Virus record (IMG/VR): IMGVR_UViG_3300027779_003675 | Location: 1-58,906 of that record | Length of the DNA stretch: 58,906 nt | Direction: 5' to 3' (one strand) | Source of the DNA: a virus | Lineage: Duplodnaviria; Caudoviricetes | Shown here: positions 45,939-55,016 of the stretch, one piece after another | Position numbering within the stretch: position 1 is the stretch's first letter | Layout of the letters: each line of letters begins with the position of its first letter | Program-made: the position numbers and the translations under genes | Notes under the pieces: generated by a model | Databases searched by the model: none | The model's input: only the letters and a program-made list of their open reading frames with translations | Told to the model about the DNA's origin: nothing

Positions 45939-46139
45939 GTGAACCGACAGTTTGTTTTCGACTCCGAAGCTACTAGACTGAAACAGGTAATCTGTGATTT
46001 ACACTGCCTCGTAAGCTCCTTGATAAACAATAAGGGTGAAAAACTAAACGGAGAGCTGAAAGCGATGGAGGACATAGCAAATAAAACTATCGAAATCAAA
46101 AAGCAACTAGAAAACTCAAACAGTAAACTTCTCCAATGA
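45939..46139 (+). CDS. Hypothetical protein
   Basis: Downstream of GTGTAAT; coupled to the next ORF. Confidence 0.55.
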   Translation: MNRQFVFDSEATRLKQVICDLHCLVSSLINNKGEKLNGELKAMEDIANKTIEIKKQLENSNSKLLQ

Positions 46140-46333
46140 CCACAAGCATATCAGAGTTCGAAAGAGAAAAACCGATACAGGCTTACGAATGCCTTAATAG
46201 GTTAATCAAAAAATACTCAACTCAATGCTTCGGAGAGGAAATGGACGACAAGGACGCCGCAATAAAAGAAGTTTCGAAAGAGGTTAAAGACGACTTGCTA
46301 AGATTTAAAATCATCTTTCTGTCCGGAAAATAA
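46136..46333 (+). CDS. Hypothetical protein
   Basis: ATGA overlap. Confidence 0.6.
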   Translation: MTTSISEFEREKPIQAYECLNRLIKKYSTQCFGEEMDDKDAAIKEVSKEVKDDLLRFKIIFLSGK

Positions 46334-46334
46334 A

Positions 46335-46859
46335 ATGCCCAAGGACGTATTAGAAATAACAAAAAAAGACCTCGAGTACTACCTGCAAGGCTTAAATGCA
46401 GAAAATAAATTATTCTCTGACTCAGCGTACGCAATCCTAGAAGAACAGTGGCTGATCGGGGAAGGGTACAAAGCTTATAGAAAATGGCTAAACCTAGGAG
46501 GTTTAGGTGAATGGAGAAATAATTGGGACTGCGACAATCTGGCGGTCTCCTTTAAGCTCTACCTACAAATGCTTCACGCTAAACATAACCCATATACATT
46601 TACCGACAGGTGGAAAGATAAAGTGGAGAACATGACAAACGTAGAATCTGTCGCCGTAGGAGTCATTTACTATAAGATGGAGAGAGAAGGCAGTTCGTCA
46701 ATGCACGCCATAAACATGGCTTTTTGTCCGGAAGGTTACGAGTTTTCGCCCAACGGCAACTTTCATACCCTAAAGAGACTATACATAGAGCCTGAAGACG
46801 GAACTATAAAGAAACTTACAGAAAAAGAGGAAGCATCGATATGGTACGTAAATTTTTAA
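46335..46859 (+). CDS. Papain/transglutaminase-like cysteine protease domain (agglutinin C-terminal-like)
   Basis: WDCDNLA...HAIN...YIEP gives a Cys-His-Glu arrangement. Confidence 0.65.
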   Translation: MPKDVLEITKKDLEYYLQGLNAENKLFSDSAYAILEEQWLIGEGYKAYRKWLNLGGLGEWRNNWDCDNLAVSFKLYLQMLHAKHNPYTFTDRWKDKVENMTNVESVAVGVIYYKMEREGSSSMHAINMAFCPEGYEFSPNGNFHTLKRLYIEPEDGTIKKLTEKEEASIWYVNF

Positions 46860-47013
46860 TAAAAGCCTTTGGCCTAAAGGACTACATGAAGAAAAAGCAG
46901 GAAAAGGAAATTTTCCCTAAGCCTCATTATGTCGGCTGCTGCTCCGGGGAAGAGCATAGACAAGTGGAAGAAAGCAAGAGAGAACTAGACAACAGAGGCA
47001 ATTAAATAATACT

Positions 47014-47601
47014 ATGGGAATGTTCGACGAAATATTAGTTCCAAAATCCTACCTAAGAGGGCTTCTTAAAAAAAGAGACGAAAGATTCTTTAGCAAGGAT
47101 CATCTTTTCCAAACTAAAGATCTAGACAACGTTATGGATTTATATAAAATCCATAGACAAAGACTATACAAACTTGATCGGTCGACGAAGGACGCAGAAG
47201 AAGAGAAAAAATGGAACATCGTCAAAGACAACATAGAGATTAACTTCCACGACATAGTCAAGAGTAAAAACGGCGACGAACATTCAGTAGAGTTTGAGTT
47301 TAGCTTTAAAAACGGCAGGGTGGACCAAAAGAAGCTCGTTTCCCTTGCTCTTTCCAAGACGAAAAAAGAAATAGACTCCTCGGCGGAGATGTGGGACACT
47401 GAGCAAGAGATACTTAATGCGTACAGGGAAAGCTCCTTTAAATATAAAATATTTTTATTCTTGGAGGAACGTTTCCGAACAATGACTAACTGGGCGAGAA
47501 AAAAACATAGTATACCTATAGAAGTAAGAAGAGATGCTTACGAAAAATCCGGAAGACTTGAGTTTGATCCAGACTGCTTAAAACTTTATATCGACCAATA
47601 A
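47014..47601 (+). CDS. Conserved phage hypothetical protein
   Basis: MGMFD..FQTKDL motif. Confidence 0.7.
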   Translation: MGMFDEILVPKSYLRGLLKKRDERFFSKDHLFQTKDLDNVMDLYKIHRQRLYKLDRSTKDAEEEKKWNIVKDNIEINFHDIVKSKNGDEHSVEFEFSFKNGRVDQKKLVSLALSKTKKEIDSSAEMWDTEQEILNAYRESSFKYKIFLFLEERFRTMTNWARKKHSIPIEVRRDAYEKSGRLEFDPDCLKLYIDQ

Positions 47602-48371
47602 TGACCCAACCCCAAAACGAAAACAGAGCCTACGAAGCTTTTATAGCCTTACCGTACGTCGCCACCCCTCCCCAATCGCGAGGGGAAAATAAAGCAAGGA
47701 ACATGGTGGAGCTTAGGTTGATAAATAATGATTTTTATTGGCTAAGGAGAATCGATGCTTCGAGCAGGATAGAAGCAGCTAAAAAAGCGAGAACTTGGTT
47801 CTTCGTAACTAAAAGAAAAGAAGAAGTCACTCGAAAATTAAGGATAGAGGACAGCCTTACGGTAACCGATCCTTACGAAGAGGTAGTTTACGAAGAGAAG
47901 CTTAAATGCTGCGGGTGGAACTATAGGTTCCTTGAGGGGGACGTTGTGGACCGTTTGATTTTCGACTCCAAAGGAAGATTAAGAAAAACGACCAGAGAGA
48001 AAGGCCCCGGACACATATGCCCATCTATAGAATGGAACACTAACGCGAAGGTAGGCAGATGGGTCGATCGGAAAGCTACGTTAAGCACGGGCAAGAAGTA
48101 TATCTACTACAACAGCTTAACGGAAAAATTTATCGCTAGAATAAGAATAAAAAACCAAAGAACAGTAGGTCATAAAGTCAAAATAATCCACGACGCAAGG
48201 ACGACCAGAGCAAACGGAAAACGGGTCTGGAACAGGTTTACGGCAATAGCCCACACCAAAGGCCGAAGGGTACAAGACAGAAAGTATAAAGAATTTAGGC
48301 TTGAGGCCCAAAACATGTACGAAGCAGAGAAAGAGACTAAAGAGCTGATAAAGCAGTTTTGTGAGTCATGA
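47601..48371 (+). CDS. Basic hypothetical protein, possibly AP2-like DNA-binding
   Basis: KYIYY....KFIARIRI; very K/R-rich. Confidence 0.55.
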   Translation: MTQPQNENRAYEAFIALPYVATPPQSRGENKARNMVELRLINNDFYWLRRIDASSRIEAAKKARTWFFVTKRKEEVTRKLRIEDSLTVTDPYEEVVYEEKLKCCGWNYRFLEGDVVDRLIFDSKGRLRKTTREKGPGHICPSIEWNTNAKVGRWVDRKATLSTGKKYIYYNSLTEKFIARIRIKNQRTVGHKVKIIHDARTTRANGKRVWNRFTAIAHTKGRRVQDRKYKEFRLEAQNMYEAEKETKELIKQFCES

Positions 48372-48586
48372 TCGAAATAAAAAAAGAGCTGCTTATTCAA
48401 TTCATAAACTTCGCCAACGAATGTTGCGGCGTAATGGATGACGACTATGTGGCCGAATGGCTTCTGACAAAAAACTCCAGCCTCAACATGGAAACACCTA
48501 TAGAGCTGTTCTCGGAAGAAGCCGGCAGAGAAAAACTCTTTAGGCTTTTATATTTTATAGAGATAGGGGAAGCTGACCTAATTTAA
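48368..48586 (+). CDS. Xre/MbcA/ParS antitoxin C-terminal domain protein
   Basis: VAEWL...N.SL..ETPIEL....GRE.L..LL. Confidence 0.75.
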   Translation: MIEIKKELLIQFINFANECCGVMDDDYVAEWLLTKNSSLNMETPIELFSEEAGREKLFRLLYFIEIGEADLI

Positions 48587-48676
48587 CGAGCATGGATGTA
48601 TGCGTTGAATGTGAGAAAGGCTCAGTAGAAATTTACTTGACATTTGTACACAAAGAAGGAAAGTTAGTTCTCGTTT

Positions 48677-49117
48677 GTGATGACTGTAGAAAAGAAAAAA
48701 TTGCCAGCACCTCTAGAAGGCCTTAATAAAACTTGGTTTATAGACATTGACGGGACGGTGGTAAAACACCTCGGGAACGACTACCTAGATGAAGCTATAG
48801 AAAAAAATGGAGACTCCAGCTACCTTTGCGAAGAACCCATACAAGACAGCGTCAGCTTCCTTAGTTCTATTTCGCCTTCAGATATCGTAGTTCTTACCAC
48901 CGCAAGAGATAGCAGGCACGCGCCCCATACTATAAAAATGCTTAAGTACTACAATATAAGATACGACAAAATAATGTTCGACTTAAAATCTGGCCCTCGG
49001 TATCTAATTAATGATATTAAACCTGCGGGGACAGCGGGAAATAAAGAACCCATCGAAACAGCTTTTGCGATAAACCTAGAAAGAGACAAAGGTATTGATC
49101 AGTCACAAATTTTATAG
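48677..49117 (+). CDS. HAD-superfamily phosphatase-like protein
   Basis: FIDIDGT, LTTAR, INDIKP. Confidence 0.8.
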   Translation: MMTVEKKKLPAPLEGLNKTWFIDIDGTVVKHLGNDYLDEAIEKNGDSSYLCEEPIQDSVSFLSSISPSDIVVLTTARDSRHAPHTIKMLKYYNIRYDKIMFDLKSGPRYLINDIKPAGTAGNKEPIETAFAINLERDKGIDQSQIL

Positions 49118-49155
49118 AGCCACGCTCTGTGAATAAAACAAAATAAATAAACATC

Positions 49156-49386
49156 ATGAAAGAGTTCTTAAGTTATAAGACTATGGTAACTCCGGGAATC
49201 GTAAAGGTTCTTAGTTATATTGGAATGGTAGTAGCCCTTATCGCTGGCTTACTTGCCATGGCGGTGGATCCACTTACCGGTATTGCAACCGCTATCTTGG
49301 GGCCAATAGCTGTTCGCATATACGCGGAAGTGATGCTAATTATGTTCGAGATACACGGCGAACTTAAAAAGCTAAACGACAAGTAG
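49156..49386 (+). CDS. DUF4282-like membrane protein
   Basis: FLSYKTMVTP, RI.AE...F.I. Confidence 0.75.
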   Translation: MKEFLSYKTMVTPGIVKVLSYIGMVVALIAGLLAMAVDPLTGIATAILGPIAVRIYAEVMLIMFEIHGELKKLNDK

Positions 49387-49395
49387 ATATAAACC

Positions 49396-49468
49396 GGGCC
49401 TTTAGCTCAGCGGTTAGAGCAGTCGACTCATAATCGATTGGCCGCAGGTTCAAATCCTGCAAGGCCCA
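49396..49468 (+). tRNA. tRNA with CAT anticodon, most likely tRNA-Ile2 (lysidine type); CCA not encoded
   Basis: GGGCCTT/AAGGCCC acceptor, GTCGA-CTCATAA-TCGAT arm, GGTTCAAATCC; closely resembles ileX-type tRNAs. Confidence 0.88.
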
Positions 49469-49477
49469 GTTTTTTTT

Positions 49478-49553
49478 GCCCCGATGGCCGAATGGATAAG
49501 GCAACAACCTTCTAAGTTGTAGATTGAAGGTTCGAATCCTTCTCGGGGTACCA
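49478..49553 (+). tRNA. tRNA-Arg(TCT)
   Basis: ACAAC-CTTCTAA-GTTGT arm, GGTTCGAATCC, 3' ACCA. Confidence 0.93.
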
Positions 49554-49563
49554 TTTATCATAT

Positions 49564-49914
49564 ATGAAAAAACCAAAAAAAGTTAAAAAAACATGGGGCC
49601 ACGAACTCTGGCTCGCTAATAATAAAGAGGAAGACTACTGTGGTAAAATTCTACACATTAAGAAAGGATGCTCTACCTCGATGCACTTTCACTCGAACAA
49701 GCATGAGACATTTTACGTCTTATCTGGAAACCTAAGGGTCGAAATGATTAACACACTTATAGGAAAAAACACCGACTACCTTATAAAACAAGGAGGAACG
49801 TTCGAAATAAACAGGAACGAACCCCATAAGCTGATAGCCGAAAAAGGGGCTGTCGAATTTATAGAAATAAGTACATTCCATGAAGATGGTGACAGCTACA
49901 GAATCTCGCGCTAA
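49564..49914 (+). CDS. Cupin (mannose-6-phosphate isomerase-like)
   Basis: KTWGHE, SMHFH..KHETFYV, PH, EIST. Confidence 0.82.
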   Translation: MKKPKKVKKTWGHELWLANNKEEDYCGKILHIKKGCSTSMHFHSNKHETFYVLSGNLRVEMINTLIGKNTDYLIKQGGTFEINRNEPHKLIAEKGAVEFIEISTFHEDGDSYRISR

Positions 49915-50179
49915 AGTTAATTACGGTTCATCAGAATATTGGATCGCTTACGCGGAAGATATTCTTAGCAGAACTAAAATCAATCAGCCTTGGCTTTCTG
50001 AAATAAAATGCGCCGAAATCGGCCTCGGTCAAGCGGTAAAAGAAGGTAACCCCAAAGCGTTAGAGCTAAAGCATCTATTATGGATGAAGAAACAAAAAAA
50101 TGATTACAAAATCGCCGAAGACAACGTAAACCAAATCGGCAGAAAAAGTCGTAAATCTAGTAAAAGCTACCATAAATAA
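49880..50179 (+). CDS. Hypothetical protein
   Basis: 99 aa. Confidence 0.55.
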   Translation: MKMVTATESRAKVNYGSSEYWIAYAEDILSRTKINQPWLSEIKCAEIGLGQAVKEGNPKALELKHLLWMKKQKNDYKIAEDNVNQIGRKSRKSSKSYHK

Positions 50180-50203
50180 CAAAAAACCCCCGAAAAATAA
50201 AAA

Positions 50204-50497
50204 ATGAAACAAACACTACTATCCCTTCTAACTGTTATTATCCTTTGCGGATGCTCGTACACATGGGGGCCTCCCTTGCAAAACGACCCGTACCGAAACA
50301 TAGCGCACAAATACTACGTAATCGATATCAACTCGGATACGCCTGACGCTTTCTTTGAGACGTACAAGGAGGCTTCGATTTATCAAAAAGATTTCGCTGA
50401 AAATCACGAATACGTTATAGTAAAGACCAGAGGCAAGTATAATATTTACAACATGGAGCCAAGCATTAGCTTAAGTGAAAAAAAGTATAAAAAATAA
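50204..50497 (+). CDS. Putative lipoprotein
   Basis: LCG-C lipobox. Confidence 0.65.
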   Translation: MKQTLLSLLTVIILCGCSYTWGPPLQNDPYRNIAHKYYVIDINSDTPDAFFETYKEASIYQKDFAENHEYVIVKTRGKYNIYNMEPSISLSEKKYKK

Positions 50498-50663
50498 AAT
50501 AGACCTAGAGTTCGAGGAGGTTTTCTTAAAGGTAGAAGACTGGAAAAGAGAATCAGCTACCAATTCAAGCAAAGAGGCGAGAACCCTTTACCTTGAAAAC
50601 CTAGGCAGAATCAAAAATGTTCTTGGCTCGTTTAACGAAGAGCCGTTGAGAGTTATAACTTAA
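50475..50663 (+). CDS. Hypothetical protein
   Basis: TAATG coupling to the next gene. Confidence 0.55.
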   Translation: MKKSIKNKIDLEFEEVFLKVEDWKRESATNSSKEARTLYLENLGRIKNVLGSFNEEPLRVIT

Positions 50664-51412
50664 TGAATAGAGTATTAGTAATAGGAGACAGTTGCGAAGA
50701 CAGATTTACCTACGGTACTTCCTATAGGCTTTGCCCTGACATACCAGCACCCGTCTTTATGCCCAAAACAGACGTCATTAATTCCGGCATGGCTGGGAAC
50801 GTTTACGAAAACCTGAGAGGCTTTGGGTTAAAATGCGACCTCATAACAAATACAGAGAAAGTAATAAAACAAAGATACATAGACGAAAAAACCAACCATA
50901 CCTTTTTGAGGGTCGACACGAACGACAAAGTGAGAAGAGCCGTCTTCGACCCCACGGAAATAGCAAAGAAAAATTACCAAGCTATAGTTATAGCTGATTA
51001 CGGAAAAGGATTCCTGCACGAACAAGATATAAATCTTTTATGCAATATCAACGACAACGTATTCCTAGACACCAAAAAAGTCCTAGGAAACTTTTGCCGC
51101 AGAGCCAAGTTCATAAAAATAAACTCCCCTGAATTTGAAGAGATAAAGAGCATAATAGATCTGAAAGACTGGGAAGATAAACTTATAGTAACGCTAGGAG
51201 ACCGAGGATGCATGTATTACAGACCCAATGGGTTTAATTATTTTACAACCGAGAGCGTTGATGTTTTCGACCTTACCGGAGCAGGGGACACATTCCAAGC
51301 GGCGCTGGTGTCCTGCTACATAGAAACAGGAAGCATCGATGAGTCTATAAAATTCGCAAACGATTGCGCCGCCAAGGCTGTTCAAAAGAAGGGGGTCGTT
51401 TCAAGCTTGTAG
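50663..51412 (+). CDS. PfkB-family sugar kinase, HldE/RfaE domain I-like
   Basis: VLVIGD..D, RL.P..P.PV, GMAGNV, DYGKG, KIN, VFDLTGAGDTF. Confidence 0.85.
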   Translation: MNRVLVIGDSCEDRFTYGTSYRLCPDIPAPVFMPKTDVINSGMAGNVYENLRGFGLKCDLITNTEKVIKQRYIDEKTNHTFLRVDTNDKVRRAVFDPTEIAKKNYQAIVIADYGKGFLHEQDINLLCNINDNVFLDTKKVLGNFCRRAKFIKINSPEFEEIKSIIDLKDWEDKLIVTLGDRGCMYYRPNGFNYFTTESVDVFDLTGAGDTFQAALVSCYIETGSIDESIKFANDCAAKAVQKKGVVSSL

Positions 51413-51464
51413 CGAAAAAAAGCGAACATTCCCCGAAAAACAATCGAGCAATAGTGGACTATAG

Positions 51465-51641
51465 ATGAAAGACGAAAACCAAAAAGAGTACTCCAAAACA
51501 AAGAAAGGGAAAGAGGCTATCCGTCGCGCGCAACAAAAATACGACGAAGAAAACATTGAAAAACGACGCCTACAGAAAAAGAATTATATGAGGCGCAAAA
51601 GGTCGAAGGATCCCAGCTATTGCAAATGGAAGGAGAAATAA
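51465..51641 (+). CDS. Small basic protein (58 aa, not in ORF track)
   Basis: MKDENQKEYSKTKKGKEA...; ATG to TAA open. Confidence 0.55.
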   Translation: MKDENQKEYSKTKKGKEAIRRAQQKYDEENIEKRRLQKKNYMRRKRSKDPSYCKWKEK

Positions 51642-52000
51642 AATGCCCGCTTTGCGAATTAAAGGTTAAAATTCGCGTATACGAAGACTCTGATCCGAGA
51701 TGGATCATTGTGGACTGCATGAATTGCCTCTTGCCGATGAGCGTCTGGAGAGGAGACCCCTTACATACTATGGAGGTAAGCCCTTCGGATCGCCTAAAAA
51801 TGGAGGAAGCCCTTGTAAAGATAGCTAGGGAGACGTTTGGGAACGAAGACTTTTACATAGATAAAAAACAGAACGAGATTCCCGACCACCTACACTGGCA
51901 CGCTAGACCAAACGGCTGGAAGCCTAGAAAATTAACGTGGAGAATTAAAAACAAAATAAGAGACTTTTATAGAAAATGTACCAATACAAAGCTAAACTAA
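51620..52000 (+). CDS. HIT-like Zn-binding protein
   Basis: CPLC, CMNC, IPDHLHWH. Confidence 0.65.
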   Translation: MQMEGEIKCPLCELKVKIRVYEDSDPRWIIVDCMNCLLPMSVWRGDPLHTMEVSPSDRLKMEEALVKIARETFGNEDFYIDKKQNEIPDHLHWHARPNGWKPRKLTWRIKNKIRDFYRKCTNTKLN

Positions 52001-52335
52001 TAAGAGTAGTGGACGGAGACACGGTAGACGCGTTAATAGACTGCGGCTTCAGCATATTTAGAAAGGAGCGAATAAGACTATACGGTATAAATGCTCCAGA
52101 AAGCCGCACAAGAGACAAGAAGGAGAAGAAAAGAGGCTTAGCAGCCAAAGCTCGGCTCAAGGAACTCATTAAAGAAGGGAAAAACAAATTTATGGTAGAA
52201 ACTAAAATAGATAAAAAAGGGAAATATGGCAGGCTTTTAGGTACGCTATATAATAACTCGATAGAGTTAACGAATTATAATCAAACGCTAGTTAAGGAAG
52301 GCCACGCGACAGAATACCTCGGAGGGTCAAGATGA
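51976..52335 (+). CDS. Thermonuclease (SNase-like)
   Basis: VVDGDT, RIRLYGINAPE, KYGRLL, L.KEGHA..Y.G. Confidence 0.9.
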   Translation: MYQYKAKLIRVVDGDTVDALIDCGFSIFRKERIRLYGINAPESRTRDKKEKKRGLAAKARLKELIKEGKNKFMVETKIDKKGKYGRLLGTLYNNSIELTNYNQTLVKEGHATEYLGGSR

Positions 52336-52937
52336 AGCATTTTGTAGAAATAGGATCGGCCGATTTTAACACCCTCTTGCCCTTATGCGAACTAGGGTGG
52401 AAAGGAGTTTGCGTTGAACCAGTAGAGACCTTGGCTCAAAACCTTAAAGAAGAGGTGAAGTCGAAAGGGTACCCTGTGGAGATTCTCAATTGCGCCATTT
52501 CTGATTTCGACGGAGATGCCGAACTTGTCGAAGTCACCCAATTCGACTGGGATGACGATAATAAATGGGCCATAGGCGTTAGCCATCTTTCCTCGAAACA
52601 CGACAACGGCGAACGGTGCGGACGCCTTCTGGAAAACGTTAATCAAATAATACCCAGAGAATATAAGGATGTTCCATGCCAGACATTAAACTCTCTTATT
52701 AACTATTTACGAAATGAGTCCGTTGTATTTCGAGGCTTCGAAGACGTAATAGATTTTATGAGAATTGACACGGAAGGCCACGAGGTTAATATCCTGAAAG
52801 CTTACGATTGGGAAATAAAGCCAAACGTAATAAAAGTCGAACACGTTCACTGCGATAAGGGGTCTTTAACGACGGTGCTTGAAAATCAAAAATACTTTAT
52901 ACAGGAAGAACAGTATGACCTTTACGGACTACTGTAG
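52332..52937 (+). CDS. FkbM-family methyltransferase
   Basis: FVEIGS, GVCVEP, RIDTEGHE. Confidence 0.82.
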   Translation: MKHFVEIGSADFNTLLPLCELGWKGVCVEPVETLAQNLKEEVKSKGYPVEILNCAISDFDGDAELVEVTQFDWDDDNKWAIGVSHLSSKHDNGERCGRLLENVNQIIPREYKDVPCQTLNSLINYLRNESVVFRGFEDVIDFMRIDTEGHEVNILKAYDWEIKPNVIKVEHVHCDKGSLTTVLENQKYFIQEEQYDLYGLL

Positions 52938-52990
52938 CGACATCGTGCCGGAAGATTTCGAAGATGAGTATATTGTTTGGTTTTGGTAAT

Positions 52991-53067
52991 GCCACCTTAG
53001 CTCAGTCCGGTAGAGCACTCGATTTGTAATCGAACGGTCCTTGGTTCAAATCCAAGAGGTGGCTCCA
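52991..53067 (+). tRNA. tRNA-Thr(TGT)
   Basis: GCCACCT/AGGTGGC acceptor, TCGA-TTTGTAA-TCGA arm, GGTTCAAATCC, 3' TCCA. Confidence 0.92.
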
Positions 53068-53085
53068 TTTTTTTTGAAGTACTTT

Positions 53086-53265
53086 ATGAAAAGTTTAGAG
53101 AAAAGGGTTTTTATTTGTTTTGTTATAGTTGTTATTGCTATATTTTTTACTGGCTGCAGTACCACTAAGTGGGAATGGATACCAAAGGAACAGCCTAACC
53201 CAAAAACCAAGCACGAAAAAGAGACCGGCGTAATTAAGGTCAACGTTTTAAAAGTTTCGTTTTGA
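53086..53265 (+). CDS. Small putative lipoprotein (start reassigned to after the tRNA)
   Basis: Hydrophobic stretch then FTG-C. Confidence 0.55.
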   Translation: MKSLEKRVFICFVIVVIAIFFTGCSTTKWEWIPKEQPNPKTKHEKETGVIKVNVLKVSF

Positions 53266-54080
53266 TAGATAAGGTATTTATAATAAGCCTAGAGAAAGAT
53301 AAGCCTAGGAGGGACAGGCTGCTTTCCTTAATTAAGTCTGAATCTGACAAAAGCCTAATAGAAAAAACGTCACTTATAAAGGGAGTACATCACGCCCAAA
53401 TAAACGAAAAGTTTCTATCGGATAATAATTTCGACTACTATAAGGACTGGGTTCTAACAGAGGCTCAATGCGACGAAATCGCAAGCCAATACCCCAACGA
53501 AGAAGGGCACAGCATAGGACGTTCTCCTTGTGAAAGATTTTACAGAACCCCTCTCAAGAATGGGCAGATTTGTTGCCTTATCGGCCATATTCAGTGTTGG
53601 AGGCAAATAGTGCATAAAGGGTATGATAGCGCCCTTATACTTGAAGATGACTCTTGGTGGACCGGATGCTTAAGTAGCGAGCTTGAATATTTGAAAAATC
53701 TAAAACTTCAAGAAAACAATATCGACTTTTGCTTTTTGGGTAGAGAGCCTCACCTAGATAGACTGGAGTCGGATTGGGCGGTAGACCCAAAATACGTGAT
53801 CCCTAATTATAGCTACAATAGCCACAGCTATATCTTGACTTACCAAGGAGCAATCAAACTGCTTTCTCAAGAGCCACATAAAAAACTAATGAGTGCTGAC
53901 GAATTCCTTGGAGCTTCTTACTGTTATCACCCTAGGTCCGACTTGAGAGACTTAATAAAAACAAACCTCAACGCTATAGCAGTAAATTATCCTAGCGACG
54001 AACGTAGCGGAAATCAGCTAATTTATCAAGCTACCGGCTACGAAACGGGCCACGAAGGAATAAGTCACACTAATATATAG
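53262..54080 (+). CDS. COLGALT-like GT25 glycosyltransferase
   Basis: VFIISL, Y..PL..G.I.C..GH..W, LILEDD, YSYNSHSYILTYQGA.KLL..EP..KLM..DEFL...HP. Confidence 0.85.
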   Translation: MIDKVFIISLEKDKPRRDRLLSLIKSESDKSLIEKTSLIKGVHHAQINEKFLSDNNFDYYKDWVLTEAQCDEIASQYPNEEGHSIGRSPCERFYRTPLKNGQICCLIGHIQCWRQIVHKGYDSALILEDDSWWTGCLSSELEYLKNLKLQENNIDFCFLGREPHLDRLESDWAVDPKYVIPNYSYNSHSYILTYQGAIKLLSQEPHKKLMSADEFLGASYCYHPRSDLRDLIKTNLNAIAVNYPSDERSGNQLIYQATGYETGHEGISHTNI

Positions 54081-54098
54081 CGTAAAACTAAGCGTCCA

Positions 54099-55016
54099 AT
54101 GAAACCCAAAATACTTTTAATTGCAGACGTAAGGGATTGGATATTCCAAAGGCACTGTTATTATATCTCTGAAATACTTGGGGATGACTTTATTTTTAAC
54201 GTCTCTTACCATAGAGAAAATTACGGATACCACTTTGACGAAGACGCCTACGACTTAATATACCCTTTAGAGTTCAATCTGCTCCACCCGCAAAAGGAAG
54301 TAAACTATAAAAAATACATAACAGGTATAAGGTCTCACTCTTCGTGGTCGGGCTGGGAAGACAAAGAGCAACTAAAAAAATACTTAGAATCTAGGTTCTC
54401 ATTAACTCACGTCGTCTCTAACGAACTTGGTAGGATTTTTTCAAAACTCCTGCATCCCCACTGTTACGCGGGGGTCGTGCAGCACGGAGTAGACTCCAGC
54501 CTTTTTAAGCCCCGTTCTAACCCTAGGATAAGCGAAGGCGTATTAGATATAGGATGGGCAGGAAACAGGCAAGCCGCTTCAAACAAAGGGTTCGATAGTA
54601 TAATAAAACCCTTGGAAAACCTAAAGAACGTTAGGTTGAATTTTTGTGGATACTCGGATAATAATTTAAGCAAAGAAGGGATGTCGGATTTCTATAGATC
54701 TATAGACACTTATATTTGCGCCTCAATCGAAGAAGGGCACAACAACTCTTTAATTGAAGCGGCTTTCACCGCCAACTCTATCGTAACCACTGTTAACGGA
54801 ACCGTTCCTGAATATTTAAAGCATGAAGAAAGTGCCCTTATAGTTAACAGAGATCCGTCTTCTTTCGTTTCAGCTGTGAAAACCTTAAGGGACGACCCAA
54901 ACTACAGAGCGGTTATCGGCGAAAACGCTAGAGTTTCGGCTGTCAGCAAATTTGATTGGAACGCAAAAGCTATCGACTATAAAAACATGTTCGAAATGGC
55001 CCTGAATGAACTTTAA
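54099..55016 (+). CDS. GT4 glycosyltransferase
   Basis: HGVD..F, IGWAG, KG, S.EEG..SLIEA, FDW. Confidence 0.85.
   Translation: MKPKILLIADVRDWIFQRHCYYISEILGDDFIFNVSYHRENYGYHFDEDAYDLIYPLEFNLLHPQKEVNYKKYITGIRSHSSWSGWEDKEQLKKYLESRFSLTHVVSNELGRIFSKLLHPHCYAGVVQHGVDSSLFKPRSNPRISEGVLDIGWAGNRQAASNKGFDSIIKPLENLKNVRLNFCGYSDNNLSKEGMSDFYRSIDTYICASIEEGHNNSLIEAAFTANSIVTTVNGTVPEYLKHEESALIVNRDPSSFVSAVKTLRDDPNYRAVIGENARVSAVSKFDWNAKAIDYKNMFEMALNEL

Noticed and set aside
49364-49576. 70-aa minus-strand ORF
   Set aside because: It is the antisense reading of two tRNA genes
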